Of a stretch of DNA of 64,000 nt, positions 48,301 through 64,000 are shown piece after piece. Below the pieces are notes generated by a model. That model had not been told where the DNA came from. It was given only the letters and a program-made list of their open reading frames with translations, and did no database searches. The stretch comes from the human T2T-CHM13v2.0 reference genome, Homo sapiens. The position numbers and the translations under genes were made by a program. The number at the start of each line of letters is the position of its first letter. Positions within the stretch are counted from its first letter, which is position 1. The stretch is from assembly GCF_009914755.1 (NCBI RefSeq), contig NC_060926.1. One strand, 5' to 3'.

Positions 48301-50594
48301 GAGGTGTCTTCTACTCTAGAGGGGTGGGAGGTTAAAAAAAAAAAAGACAGAGGGAGGACAGAGATTCCCTAAGGATAGGCTGAGGAGGGAGGTTTTGTTC
48401 CTAAAAGCATCAATGACCCGGGCCTGCTCCATCACCATACACCCAGTACTAGGAAAGACCTCAGGAAAATGGTTGCCTCAGGACCCTCAGCAGCAGGGTT
48501 CTCAGGCTGGAATTAGACTCCTTTGTTTTGCACAAAAGATTAAAGCCTTTTGTCTCAGTGAACATTCTCTGTTAGACACTGACTAGCATTAGTGGCAACG
48601 GCCGGCTGAGGTCCCAAAGGTTTTTATCTGAGTTTTCTGCTCTCTGAAATATTTCCAGAATTTCTGCATACCCTCAGGGAGTGTGATGGGCAGAGGCAGC
48701 CCATGACTTTTAATGACTTCAGAAGTTGTATAATGTCTGAGAATAACATATCTGGACACACTGATTTTTACGCCAGTAAAATTTAGAAAAAGTAACATCC
48801 TTATGGCCCCTAGAGTGTGGAATAAAATGTACACCCAGTTAACCAAAACTGGCAGAATTCTGAGGAAACATCTTCTATGAAAATATGATATCTTTGTATG
48901 ACTGTGTGACTAGCTCTGGGCCTGGAAATATCACTGAGGCCATTTTTTGCAGGAGTGATTTGGCACAGATGCAAAAGCCCCAGCCAGTGAACCCAGAGCT
49001 CATTTCATGGTGCATAACTGGAGTCCTAGACATGCTCAACAACTTCAGAGGTAAGAGCCAGCTGCTTGGCAGTCCAGCCTCCAATTATTTCCTTATTGGG
49101 TCCCTTGGCTCAGGATTTTCCCATTTAAGTTTTATTGTTTTTGACATGTAGGTAACCCATACTTTTCCAAAATATGTGCATCTTCTCTACCTGCGTAGTA
49201 ATATTACAATGATCAAAACTCAATTTCCTGACTTACAGCTTGATGAAAATGTAAAGCAAGATACATAGTTTATCTGCAGAATAAGAAGACAAAGAATATT
49301 CATATCATGTAGTTATGAAGACACTAGTTCTCCTGGTGGCATCAGTATTTCGTGTTTATTCAATTTAATTCAATTTTGAAGGTTTAGATTTGGCATAATG
49401 GTTTTTAATTGTTTCTATACTATGTGCATTTACATGCATTCTACAAGTAATCTTTATTATTTACAAAATCAGAACATTTTGATCAACAAATAAAATGACT
49501 AAAATATCCATAATCAGGACAATTCTAATGCCATCAGATACATATCGTAACAACTGAAAGGTGAGGGATCTGTGAACATGGCTTAACCATGTTAGGCCCA
49601 TTCTAGAGAGCAGGTCTAGGTAGCAGAGGGCAGGAACCCAGAGTAGATTGAATCAGGGACTAAACAGATAATGTAAAGCCAGAGTATTTTTTTCAGAAAC
49701 TTAAAAACTTTACGTGTGTTAATTTCTACCAAATTTTTGATGTTTGTGTCCATAACAGGCATAACATACATTCCAATACTCATATCATAGCAAATTGATG
49801 TCTACCTGTTGATGATCTTAAAGACAAATAACACAAGAAGAGTTTTCTATTGAAGAAAAAAAACCATTTTAGATATGTCCTGAAACAAACTATGCAGATG
49901 TAGACATTAAGGAATAATATATAATTGTTTGTGCTGTAGAGTTGTAATAACATTTTATCTTCATGGATGCATGGGTCTGAACTCTCTTGGCTTCCTTTTT
50001 TCTGTATTTTGTTGGAAGAAGAGCAAATGAAGTGAATAATTGGGCCACAGAGCCTCTGTCCCTCATAACACTCACTAATATAATATTTTTTCCTTGTCAG
50101 TGGATAACGCTCTGAGCACGGAAATGACTTCTTGCTATATGAGCCTTTCTGAGGATGTGAGACATGTGATATTTGTAGATGACCGTCGCAGTGCACCCAT
50201 GGATCCCCACGGAGTGGAGAGCTTTGCTGTGTGGGGAGCGCAAGCATTCACCTCCTGCAGGCATTACTGGGAAGTGGATGTGACCCACTCCTCCAACTGG
50301 ATTCTGGGAGTCTGTTCAGATTCCAGGACAGCAGATACCAATATCGCTATTGATTCTGATGAAACACTTTTTTAAATTTCCTCAAAGAGGAGCAATCACT
50401 ATAGTCTCTCCACCAACTCTCCACCTTTAATTCAGTATGTACAAAGGCCTCTGGGTCGGGTTGGGGTGTCTCTGGATTATGATAATGGATCTGTGAGTTT
50501 TTTTGATATTTCTAAAGGTTCTCCTATCTATGGTTTTCCTCCTTCCTCCTTCTCTTCCCCTCTGAGGCCTTTCTTTTGCTTTGGTTGTACATGA
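45309..50594 (+). pseudogene. TRIM64FP: Full-length unprocessed TRIM64-like pseudogene. Exons: 45309-45714, 46195-46290, 46994-47224, 47986-48008, 48953-49050, 50101-50594
   Basis: Runs from [29 protein letters not shown] to SSPLRPFFCFGCT*. Lesions: first coding exon acceptor is tg instead of ag, 2-nt frameshift near 45396, TAG at 47063-47065, TAA at 50373-50375. The family call is firm; the symbol is recalled from locus context. Confidence 0.8.
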
Positions 50595-53500
50595 AAATTT
50601 GGTTTCATGATGATTTATTGTGACATCCCATATATGAGGCAAATAGTGTCCTAAGACCCTATGTGTGAGAGCCTGTGAGCTCATTGTAACTTCGTGGAAT
50701 GTAATTACTTTATGGTTATAAATTGGATAACCAACTTGAATGTGTACATTTGTTAATTAAGTTATTTTAATTAGTAAATTATTGTGGAATCTTTACTAGA
50801 ACATCAATAATGGCTTTTTTTGTACAAGTTTTGTTGAGATTCATTCACTTACCATGAAAGTCACGTTCTAATGTATTTAATTCAGAGATTGTTAGCATAT
50901 CACACTTGTGTAGCCATCAGAACTCTCTACTGCCTGTGCACTTTTATCACTTCCAGAAGAATCCCAATACCCATTAACATTTATTCTCCATTCACCCTCC
51001 CCCATTCCTTCAGAACACATAATCTACTTTTTAGGTTTTTGCATTCAGATAAACAAAATCATACAATATACGTTTTGTTTAATCTGATTTCTTTTTCAGA
51101 GAGTAGGTTTTCATACTCTCTGTGTGTACACACTATAAACCATTTGTCTTACTTGTATATTTGAACCAGGCTGGGGTAGAAAAATGAAGTAGTGGATACC
51201 TTATCTTATAAAGAATAAAGAAGAGTGCTTATTTTCTTTTTAAGTCTGACCAAGTTAAGTTGACCTCACAGACTTTATTATTTCTCAACATCTTAGTTAT
51301 TAATCACATTTCAGCTCATACAACAGTTTTTCAGTGCTGGGTTGCTCTGCTATAACATCTTCTCTGAGTATATTATATCAGATTATAATATTCAGAAAAC
51401 TCTTATACTTATTACTACCAGATTGAAAATTCCAAGGAAGCAATGGCAGTATTTGTCTTCTTTGCTAAGATATTACCATTATCCAGTGAAATTTTTAGAA
51501 TAGATTACACAATAAATAAGATGAATAAATGGATAAGTAGAGGAGTTAATACGTATAAATATTATTCTAACGTTAAGAAACTTTTCCAAAATATAAGTAA
51601 CAAAATAGGATAGAACATACTAATGAATATCTATCAAAAGATAAGAAATAAATTGATTTTCAGATTCATATCAAAGATAATACTATTATGTTAGGGTTTA
51701 AAATAATTGTAGCATAATTTTTATAGGGTTGATTTCAATTGTCTTAGGTTTTTTAATATAAACCATTGAAAGAGGAAGTTTCCTATATAAGATGATGGGG
51801 AACAGGAAAAGGACTTAAAACAATGGAGACTGTCCTTATTTAAACTGACATATAAATTTAATTATTTACTAAGCATAAAGTGGTATAAACCTTCTTATGC
51901 AGTAGAAAGAACAAAATTAGTCTACATTTTAAATAAGAATCCAGATGATACAGAATGGAAAATTCTATAATAGAACGTTAATAGCTATGTCTCCTAGGGC
52001 ACCGGCTTACCTGCTCTAACAAAGACCACAAATTTGAAATGATTCAGAAGGTGCATTGCTCTCACATGTTTGTACCAATATAGGAGTTGTCAAGAAGATT
52101 GACATCCTCAACAAGTGAATTTTATCTCTGTGTGCAGAAAACTGCCATTTATTGCCACGTCCCATGCAGCAGGAAAGCCAAAAGAAAAGTAGGAGGGACA
52201 AGAGTATTTGGCTTTAAGGAAATCACCTGGTATTTTTCACAATGCAGTTATTCCCGTCCTATAGGTTCAAAATTAGGCAGATGGCACACCAAGTTGTAAG
52301 ATATATCTGGGAATGCTGTTTACACTCAAAACCATATCCATTCTTATTATTTGATTCAGAAAATAAATTAAATGACTGGCACAACTGAAAATAACCCAAG
52401 AGATTTGAGCTGAACCTCAACCAAATAGACAAGTTGCTGCCTAAGGTTAGCACCAGATCTTAGTATTCAAGAGTGAGTAAACCCTGCTTTTTACCACTGT
52501 CAAGGTGTCCAGTGTTGTCCTTTTTAGAGCCTGGCTAAGCTGAGGGTTATGTGGCAAGAAACATCTTACTTGTATTTTAGTCTCTTAAATGAATGATTTA
52601 TATAGGAATGATTCTTCAAATTTTGAAAATACTTATCAGAAATGTTCTTATTCCTTCGCTCTATACCACGTAGACTCTATAATAAACTGTCTCTCTTCTG
52701 CCTCCACATATTTCATGCAGAACATTAGGGGTTAGCAGAGAGAAAGCTTATCACCAGCTTCTTTTGGACTCGCTGCCTTTTTCCAAGTGATCTGAGATGA
52801 TAAAATTATTCACCTTAGGGCTCCAACCCAGCACTCCTTTTTGATTTTCACCTATGTTTTGTAAGCTTTTCTGTTGATGCTAAAACTCTATGCAACATAA
52901 AACTGTATGCAACAGTCAGTGCCTCATAATTTAATTACATTATTTGTTCCTAGTTTTCAAGGAAAAATTTATTCCTGACATTCTTCTAATTTAGCTCAGA
53001 TTCACTTTTGCAGAAAGACAGAATTAGCTACTTTACGATTATTTACTATTTAACTCTGATTTTGGAAGATGAAAAAGTTTTTGTGTCTATTTAGCATACT
53101 TTCTTAGCTATTTAACCAAGATAATCTTATTCTATTGATTCTCCTAGAGATACTTAATTTATTTATTCTCTTCACCTGTCAGAATTTATGTTAGAATATC
53201 ACCAAGAATTACTTACAATTGAAATAAATCAAAGAGGGACCACTAAGAACATTGTCAATCATTAATCCAGAAATCTTGAACTTCCTGAGTTTTCTATCCC
53301 TAAAAGAAGTTATTTATCAATAGCCTTGTTACAGATTTTTTAATACAATAATTTTGACTTTTCTATAGTACAAAAAGTAAAAATTGATAAAGAGGATAAC
53401 TTGGAAAAAATTAATATAACAACACTGAGACACATTCTTGACTAGCACTCTATTTCTGTACTAAATTTAGGAGGCATGTAAATGGCACGTTTCCTAAGTG

Positions 53501-54017
53501 AAATAAGACAGACACACAGAGAAAAATCCTTCATGGTTCCACTCATATTTGAAATCTATTTTTAAAAGTTCAATACATTAAAAAAGGTGGTTACATTGGT
53601 GGGAAGGAAATAGGTAAATGAAGGGCAAAAGTTGTAAAGGCGTAGTAGAATAAGTGAATCTGATGTACAACCTGTAGGCATATTTGATAATGTATTGTTT
53701 TTGGGAAATATTCTGAGGGACTAGATTTTTGGTGTTCTTATCATAAAAAAGAAGCACAGCTAAGTGATATGATAGATTTGTTAATTTTCTTCATTATAGT
53801 AATCATTTCATTATGTATATGTGTCTCAAAACAACATACTTTGCACCTTGAAAATATAAAATAAAATAAATTTAAAAATAAAGGTAATTTTGTTCTTCCA
53901 TGTCAGCTGAAAATAAGTGAAGACTGGGTCAGTAATAACATTGCTTTGCTGAATTCAGAGAATTCTAATAAAATATTTTTAGTTGGGAAGCTATCTGTAT
54001 TAAAAAAAATGATCTAA

Positions 54018-54315
54018 GGCTGGTAACAGTGGCCATACTTATAATCCCAGTGCTTTGGGAGGCCAAGGCAGAAAAATCACTTGAGGCCAGGAGTTTGAGA
54101 TCAGCCTGGGCAACATAGTAAGACCTTATCTCTACCAAAAATAAAAAGAAAATTAGCCTTGAGTGGTGGTGTGCACCTGTTGTCCCAGCTACTCAGGAGG
54201 CTGAGTTGGGAGGATTGCTTGAGACCAGCTGGGAGTTTGAGACTGCAGTGAGTTCTGATTGTGCTATTGCACTCCAGCCTGGGTGACAGAGTGAGAACTT
54301 GTCTCAAAAACAGCA
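54018..54315 (+). mobile_element. AluJ
   Basis: Diverged Alu (gaggattgcttgag, gactgcagtgag). Confidence 0.88.
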
Positions 54316-54869
54316 ACTAATTATTTTGCATAGCCATTTTACCTGAAAGGTATAATTATTTCTTCTACAATTAATAAATCTGCATATGTCTAGGCCAGCT
54401 ATATCAGGTAGAGCTTGTCCTCTAGTACTTACATCTATAAAACAAATAAGACAGTTATAAGGAGGCTCTAAGAAAAACAATTTTTTCTCATTCTGGACTT
54501 TGAGGTCTTAATTCTTTAAACTAATTTTCTGTCTCAATAGTGGATATCACCCTGAAACTTAATTTGTCCAAACACCTCACATAATCTGAAATTTTACAAA
54601 ACATAAAGTTCATAGGATCAATACATTCTTGTGCCTTAAGTCTCCAGGCATTCAAGGATACTATTATGTGGAAACTCAGGCCTTCTACTGCATTATTGAA
54701 GGAGCACATTTGAGACTCACAGCACTTGTTGCTGTTAACAGGTCTGGACAATGAGTGATGTCAGTCCAGATAATTCTGAGGAAGGCTTTCTGCCTTGTTA
54801 TAAGGAGGATAATCACTGGAGACTCTAGACAAGTTCCCAGTCATCATTCCAGCGTTTAGTTGCTGTTTT

Positions 54870-55151
<282 letters not shown>

Positions 55152-55702
55152 TCACCTCTTGCATGGAGGGTGAATAAGGAGTATAACATGAGGACGTGTG
55201 AGGAAAATATGCATTAGAAGGGAAGGAGAACATACTTAACATGCCAGTGGAAGGTGAAATTCTAAATTATCTGAGAATATTTTTGAGAACTTTGTTTAAT
55301 TCTCAGTGTAGAAAGATGTACCCTTTGAATGACATTAAAAATTCACTAGAAGAGTGAATAGTTAAAATGTCACATAAGTAACAAGAGTCTCAAAACAAAA
55401 AGTGTTCTAAAAGTTTAAAGTCCGTATTTGAGATAGAGGAGAGAATAAATAATAGTTCATTAATTAGTCTTTATTATGTGAAAAGACTTTTCTAAAATTC
55501 TTCCATAATAATTGAAGATATAAATTACAATAATTAAAATTTACAAAAGAATAAAAGCATTAAAATAAAGTGTGAAAAATTTAAAAAGGGTAAAGATGAA
55601 AATTATTTAATTTTTAATCTCAAAAATCCGAAAGTGATTTTATCAATGTCCTAAGAAAATTAAAATGAAAACAAACTTAATAATGTAAAGAAAGGAGGTT
55701 TC

Positions 55703-57705
55703 TGCCGGGCTGGGGGCGGGAGCTACGGCTTCTCTGGGGACGCGGAAGCGAGAAGCAGGGACCTTGGGGCGCGCCCGGTTTTCCGGGACGGTGCCCCGGC
55801 CCCCAGCCCACGCCTCCGGCCGCTGGCATGGTGCTGCTGGCTGGGACCCGGCCGCAGGGTGGCTGGGAGCGCTGCATGACCCCGCCACCGCCGTCCCCAC
55901 TCCTAGGCGCACAGGTCGAGGAGGACCGCGCTGACTACAAAGAGTTCCAGGGCCCCACACCTGCAGCATAGCCTGGGACGACTCTGTACCCTTTCCAGGA
56001 CGAGGAGGAGCACGGCGTCGAGGGCTTGGAGAGCGTCCCGGAGGAGGGCGTCCAGGAGGCATGGGGCTGCTGCGGACGCTGGTGCGGCGAGGGGTGAGCG
56101 TTGAGAAGGCGCAGGAGACTGACCACAATGGCTGGACCAGCCTTAATGTCGCCTGCTACCACGGCTTTGTGGATATACCGTGGTGGCCTTAGCTGAGTAA
56201 CCCCACACTGACGTCAACTGGCAGGACAGGGAGGGGAACGCAGCCCTAAATACAGCTGCACAGGCAGGAGCTGCCTCTGGCCCCATGGGCACCGTTGCCT
56301 TGGACACTGGCTCTCAGCCTTGTGCTTCCTGGTCAGCATCACGTGGGCTGGTTCATTTGAGCTTTAACACAGATCTGGTGGAAACACAGGCTGCCAGGCC
56401 CTGCCCCTGGAGTCTTTCTTTGAATAGGCCTGGGGTGGGGCCCAAGAATGAGCAGAAGAACAGGTTTCCTGGTGAGGCTGATGCCGCTGGCCCAGGGTTC
56501 TCACGTTGAGGACCGAGAGCTTTGAGGTTTTCATACCTGATGATGTCCAGGAACCCTTCTCAGTAGGCACTGAAGACCATCAGCAGAATCACAGACCCCA
56601 GGAGAGATGTCGTCAGACAGACACAGAGGCATCACCGAATTAAAGTGAAAATGAAGAAAGGAGCTGAGCATCTGTTTCATGACTTTCGTGGCTGTTTTAC
56701 TAAAGAGGCTATCCTGGCCCAGTCAGGGCACGCTATCATCACCAACTACTTGTTGAACTACGTTCAGGGTCTTGATCTTGAAGGAGGGACGCGTTCGGGT
56801 TGAAAGCCGCCATGCAGGGTCGAACGGATCGCATCGGAGCCCTGAGCTAGCAGGGGCGGGTGTCCACGCGAGGGCCCCCGCCGTGGGATGTCGCCAGAGG
56901 AGTGGCCACTTATACGTCCGCCTCATGCAGAGGCTCCTGGAGCGCCCCTGCCGGGAGCTGTTGGGGAAAAAGTACCAGCTTGAGCTGCCGCCGCTCCCCG
57001 AGAGGCCGCAAAAGCCCGAGGGCTCCAAGAACTGCCTGCAGAGGCTCAGGGACTGCGAGCTGTCCGCGCTGACGCCGCGCTCCATGCGGGGCCCAGAGGA
57101 CCGGGGCGCCCTGGACCACATGGTCAGGATGACCACGAGCCTCTAACAGCCCCGCCGGGGCCCTCGCGTGCCAGACTATGTGCCCCGAGAGCACCTTGTG
57201 CTGGGGGAAGAGGCGGCTGGCGGTGCAGGAAATCCTGGCGGCGCAGGAAATTCCGGCGGCGCGGCGAGGGGTGGGGGGAGGCAGGCGCAGGAGGCGGGCG
57301 AAGAGGAGGGCGCAGAGTAGCATAAGCCGCTCGGCCTAGCGGCCGCTGGCTCCACAAAGGCCTCCCCAAGAGCCGGCCTCCCACCTGCCCGGCTGCCGGG
57401 GTCCTGGGGCTCCGCCGCCCCCGCCCCGCGGACGGCCAGCCTCCTGCCCCTGCAGTGCCTGCAGCAGAGCAGCTTGGGGCCCAGCGTGGTGGTGCCCAGG
57501 TCCGCCTCAGCAAGGTGCCCGCGCCCACCTTCCAACCCAAAAGGCCGGCGCGGAAGGGCAGCATAAAGGCAGCGGCCACCTGCGGATACCCAAGTGGCCT
57601 TACAAGGTGGCCAAGGAGGAGAAACGGGAGGCGGAGGAGGCCGAGAAGAGGCGCCAGGCCAAGGTGCAGGAGAAGCGCCCGCCGCCCTGGAAGAAGAGGA
57701 CGTGA
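55703..57705 (+). pseudogene. ANKRD33BP1: ANKRD33B processed pseudogene (5'UTR from ~55703, ATG 55828, stop TGA 57703-57705). Probable 3'UTR sequence follows, possibly to ~62600
   Basis: Recognisable fragments: [115 protein letters not shown] and APWKKRT-like end. No GT-AG introns, many indels and stops. The parent gene is firm; the P1 symbol is from memory. Confidence 0.85.
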
Positions 57706-57800
57706 GAGTCCGCGGGTGCTTGGCACGGGGTTTGAGGGCTGGGTGAGGCCGCGGGGCTGGGCACCATGGCAGCTCTCGGGACCACCGGGCAGCGCGCGTT
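55703..57800. promoter_or_regulatory. CpG island-like region derived from the retrocopy
   Basis: Abrupt switch from AT-rich to very GC- and CpG-rich sequence at ~55700. CpGs are dense at 55703-56100 and 56780-57800. Confidence 0.75.
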
Positions 57801-57962
57801 TCCACGCTGTCTCTCTAGGATGCTCCCAGAAAGGGGCTGGGGGAGCCACATCGATTCGCTTCACACCAGCCACCCTAGCAATCAGTACACCTAGGGGGCA
57901 TGTTCCCTAAAAGGCTCCCTTTAGAGAACCTCAATTAAGATTTTTTTAAAGATTAATTTATT

Positions 57963-58258
<296 letters not shown>

Positions 58259-61200
58259 TCAATTTATTAAAGGATATTTTCTGTGTAATTTTGTATTTTT
58301 AATTGTTGTCCAATTTGCCAAGTTTTACAAGTGATAGGGTCCCTTGTATCCAAGGAAGTTTTTATACACTTACCTGAAGACCTTTTATTTAAAACACTGT
58401 TTCCAGCAATAAATATTTATGATATCTGTAGGACTTTACACAGAAATCATGGGATTCTCTCCTTTTTGGGCTGTTTGCTTTGGTCTTCTCATCATGGGTG
58501 GATGTTTTTATTAATTAGATTAAGTGATGCCGGATATTTCTATTTGATGGAGGGATTGACTGGTTCAGCCACATGATCAAGTGAGACAGAGAGATCAGAT
58601 TTTATTGTATCTTTTTAAAAAGTATTATCCAATACAGTCATATATTGAGGAAAAACATTTATCGTCAAATTATAAAACAATGCAGAGATAGGCATGTCTG
58701 TATTGCTAGAATTAAACTCATTTTAAGCAAGGAGTTTTAGATAAACTGTATACAAAAATCTTTAACATATTAAAATAGACATGAGAAAAATGTGTCATTT
58801 GATAAAATGGGGGAAATGTAATAAATGATTACCAGAAATATAAAATTAAGCCGTATATGCTCTTAAGTAAATCGAATCTAGGCATCCTTAAAATGTAAAA
58901 AAGGATGCAACAAGAGTAAGGAGCCCAGAATGATGTAAATTACAGGAATGGGGTGTAATGTAACCTCTAGAGGAGGTGATGTTTAGAAGAAGCAAAGAGA
59001 ATGCAATGAGAAGCAAACTTGTTTTAGGCAAATTCTCCTGGAGTGGACCAGGCAGCCCCCTCTTCCAGACTCAGTTCCAGAGATTCCCTTATGTGGGTAT
59101 TTGTTTTATTATTCCTTTGAGGACTGCATTTGGTGTTTAGTTCATCCTCATGTGGACCCTATGGAATTTCCAAGATGCGGGGCCTTAGCACTGTGGCACC
59201 TTCCTGCCACACGTACATAATTCACAGCATTACCAAGTCACCACAAGCCCCACGCTCACCTCTGTCAGCCCAGGACCCAGCCAGGCAGTGCCACGTGGTC
59301 TCCCAGGCTCGCTTCTCCAAGCCGAACTGCGAAAGTTATTGAGGCACTGGCCCAGGGAACTGAGCCTTGGGCCTGTCCTAAAGCTCCATAGGTGACTGCA
59401 CTGCAGCCCACATGGAGAGCTGCAGCTCTAACACAGGGATTTTGAGAGGCCTCAGTGCCATTTAAGTGGCACTTCCAGGACACCCATCCTGAGCTCCCAC
59501 AAAGGGCGCCACCTTCCCAAGAACGTCTAATTGTCATTGGAACAGCCAGTGTCAGGCAGCTTCTGCTCAGGCTGATGTGGCGTCTGACCCTTGGTGGGTT
59601 GCCAGACATTCCTTCCTGTTTCTGCCATGGGAAGTTGGCACTGGGAATGGTATGGAGCCCCCACTTCTACCCTGAGCCTTGGGTGTCTGCTGCTTCCAGG
59701 TGAAAAATGGACATTTCTGATACTGCCCAGCCACTACGGCACCACAACCCATGCTCATAGTCTCCAGGGATGTGTAGAACGGCAATGGCAGGACAGCAAA
59801 CAACTGGCGATTTCCCCAGGTCCCACGCTCTTGCGGAGTGAGTATGTTGGGTCCCTGTCCCCAGTGTGTTCCAGCCTTACCCAGGTGCACAGAGTACCCT
59901 GGGGCCAGCACAGGGCTTGTCCAGTGATGCTCCTGGTGTTCACAAAATGGCTCCAGAGATACCTGCATTTTGAAAAGCCTGCCGAGCCAGCAAGTGTAGG
60001 GCAGGACCCGGATTTCTTTGGCAAATCTGAAGGTGAGAGGGCCACTTGCCTGCTGAGTAGAAGCTGCCTTTACCTGGCCAGTGTATGCAACTTGAGAGAA
60101 AATGACAGCTGCATGGGGCGCTCTGGTGGGACTGGGAAGTCTGATCTTCCGGGGAGCTGTAGATAGTGAATTTCAAGTTGACAGCTACCTTCTCAGGGAT
60201 TTATATATAAATATAGTTAGAGGAAAAGCTAAAATCTATTTTACTAGTTTTTAGTGTTTGTGTAAAGTAAGCTTAAACTGGACAGAATAAACATTTCTCA
60301 GACAATGTTGATGCTACTGATTACAAGTTAGATGGCTGGAGCTTGCCCCTTGGTGGAGAATTTCTCGGTGATTGGAGACTGGGGACTCTGGCAGCAGAAG
60401 TGGCTTTATGGTGGGTGTGAAGTTGCTTCTGCCCCTCTGAGTGGCCTCTCATGGATGTGAATGCGTGTATTGACACCAGTGAAATCCACCTCCGTGTGCG
60501 TGGAGGTGGCTGATGAGAACACAAGTGAGCCAGTCCTGGTTCTTCCCTCCAGAACCGGTCACTCCCAGTCTGACGTTGGAGCATGTGAACTAAGAGTGAC
60601 ATTTTTTTCTACTTGCTTCTGTGAATAAAGTGTTCTACAGTCAGCCAGCACTAAACACCAGAAAGGAGGAGGGAACAGCGTGGAGCAATTCATCTGGAAT
60701 TACCTCGGTGTGCAGAGGCTGTCCCTTGGCTCCACTTGGGATAAACATTGTGAAACATCGTGGGCCTCTTTCTTCTCAAGCTCCTCCTGACAGCCTCCTG
60801 GCAACACTAGAGGCCTCAAGACTATGGAGATCAGAATTGCAATGGCTTTGTCATCTCAGCATTGACCACTCCTGAGACCCAAGGTTCCTCCTGGGAGCAG
60901 GAGACAAGGAGTTTGTGATGTTGGATGGAAAATAGGATATATGAATGCAGAAGGGCTGTGCTGGACCCCTCTTTTCGCTTCTCTCCCTGCTGTCAGCAGT
61001 GTCTCTGGCATGGAGGCGAATCTGTTGTGGGTGAAACAGAAGCCCCTGGGGTAGGACCAGACCCCAGGCCTGAAAAGGATGCAAAGCCTGCTGTTTCAGG
61101 CTGTCAGGAAGAATCGTGGGTACCGAGTGATTATGATGAAATGCAACCCAGAGAGGAAATGAATGGGCCCTCACTAAGAAGTGGGTCTGACATGTCTCTG

Positions 61201-62609
61201 GCAGCCCACCGGCAAGAGCACGACATGCCCTGCAGCCCCACCATCCACACTACATGATGTGGGAGGGCTGTCTGTTCATTCTTACACTGGGGACCCAAGC
61301 CTGCTCTGAGGAGTGAGTCACAGCCCTGACGTGCGCCTTGCATTACTGTTTCCTGAGATGTGCCCGGAGACTCAAGCTTGCTCATTTCTGTCCTGACACA
61401 GCTCACTGTTCCTTAGGTGGTCATAGTCCTCCCGTGCTGTGTCAGCTCCTACATAGCATTAGTCTTTCACGTGATAAAGTGCAAGCACTTTTCCATTTTA
61501 CAGTATTTGGGGAAATTCTAACACACTCCCCAGGGATTTGTGCATGTCCTTCTGCCTCCCCGGTGGGTCATTCTGTGGATTCCGCACCTGGCAGTCGGTC
61601 TTCCCCCTTGGAAGCCCCTAGGATCCCTGTTTCTACGGGCCTGGTCCTTGGTTTCTACCCCAGTCCCTTTTGGCCGGCACCTGCCTGGAACTGCCTGGAG
61701 CGCCATGGTATGGGGAAGGACAGGTGGAACCCTGACCACAACAGATCCTTCTAAAACAACAGTCACATTGATGATGATGAGTGCAGTGGGGTGAATGTCG
61801 TCACAGCATGCATGCTGGGAGCTGCCAAGGGCTTACAACAAAAGCAGTTCTTCCTAAGGCACCCTTTGCATCTTCCCATCCACGCCTCTCAGTGCATTTG
61901 GAACTTGCTTATGCATTGGAATAACTTGAGTCAGCTGCTCGTTTCTGTGCCTCTGCACTCACAGGTTCCTTCATTAACATTTTAAATAAGTGGTTAAAAA
62001 CTCCTCTGGAGGTTGTTTTTGAAAGAAACAGGGAAAAGAAAAACACACACTACCTGAATTGATTTGAGTAATTTTCCAGTGACTCAGTTGAAACTCAGTG
62101 TTGCATACATAATTTCCTCATGCTGAGCCAGCCTGAAATAAGACTTGATAAGAGGCACAGCCCTAAGTAGCAGGCAGTGCCACTGTGGACAGTGTACACT
62201 ATGGTGTGAGTGTGTGCACAGGCGAGCCTAAGTGTGTGTACTCATACACACAGATAAACCGAAAGGACACTGGGCTTTGTGCTGGCAAAGGCTGTGATGC
62301 TGCTGTGGCTTTCTATGGGCCCTGGGGAGTGTCAGATGGGAAGTGCTTTGATGGCATGTTGTTCAGTGTATTTAATGGGGTCTCCCATGGCCCGAGGACC
62401 CACTGTGAGCACTCCACCCACTGTGGCGCAGAACACGGCTGGAGTCATCATAGCCCAGGTCTTTATTGAAAGGGAGTGTTGACCCAGAAGCCTCATATAG
62501 AAACCATTTGGCAAGGTCTGGACCATCTCTCTGCAACTGACCTGCCTTGGCCGCACAGAGGGACCCAAACCCAAAAGGCCCAGACCCAAGGGAGACTGAA
62601 TCACATTTA

Positions 62610-64000
<1,391 letters not shown>

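Noticed and set aside
56723-57910. Several long overlapping ORFs, including 249 aa and 209 aa on the minus strand
   Set aside because: Expected from stop-codon scarcity in GC-rich retrocopy sequence. Only the + strand fragments match ANKRD33B.

Overview
This is primate, most likely human, genomic DNA. It is Alu/L1-rich and reads as a segmental-duplication mosaic of TRIM43/49/51/64-family genes, which from memory fits the 2q11.1 TRIM43B locus. It holds one intact spliced gene, TRIM43B (minus strand, 7 exons, 446 aa RING/B-box/coiled-coil/B30.2). It also holds a full-length TRIM64-like pseudogene and five partial TRIM relics. Other parts are the last two exons of a diverged FOLH1 (PSMA) copy, an ANKRD33B processed pseudogene with an extra 459-bp segment at an exon junction, and two target-site-duplication (TSD)-flanked insertions of non-TE sequence. 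Exon coordinates were read by eye from splice sites. Gene and repeat names come from recalled sequences, not from database searches. I found no wholly new biological system. The most unusual signals are the retroposed unique sequences, the fossil isoform, the FOLH1 relic and a DUX4-like promoter module shared by three TRIM copies.
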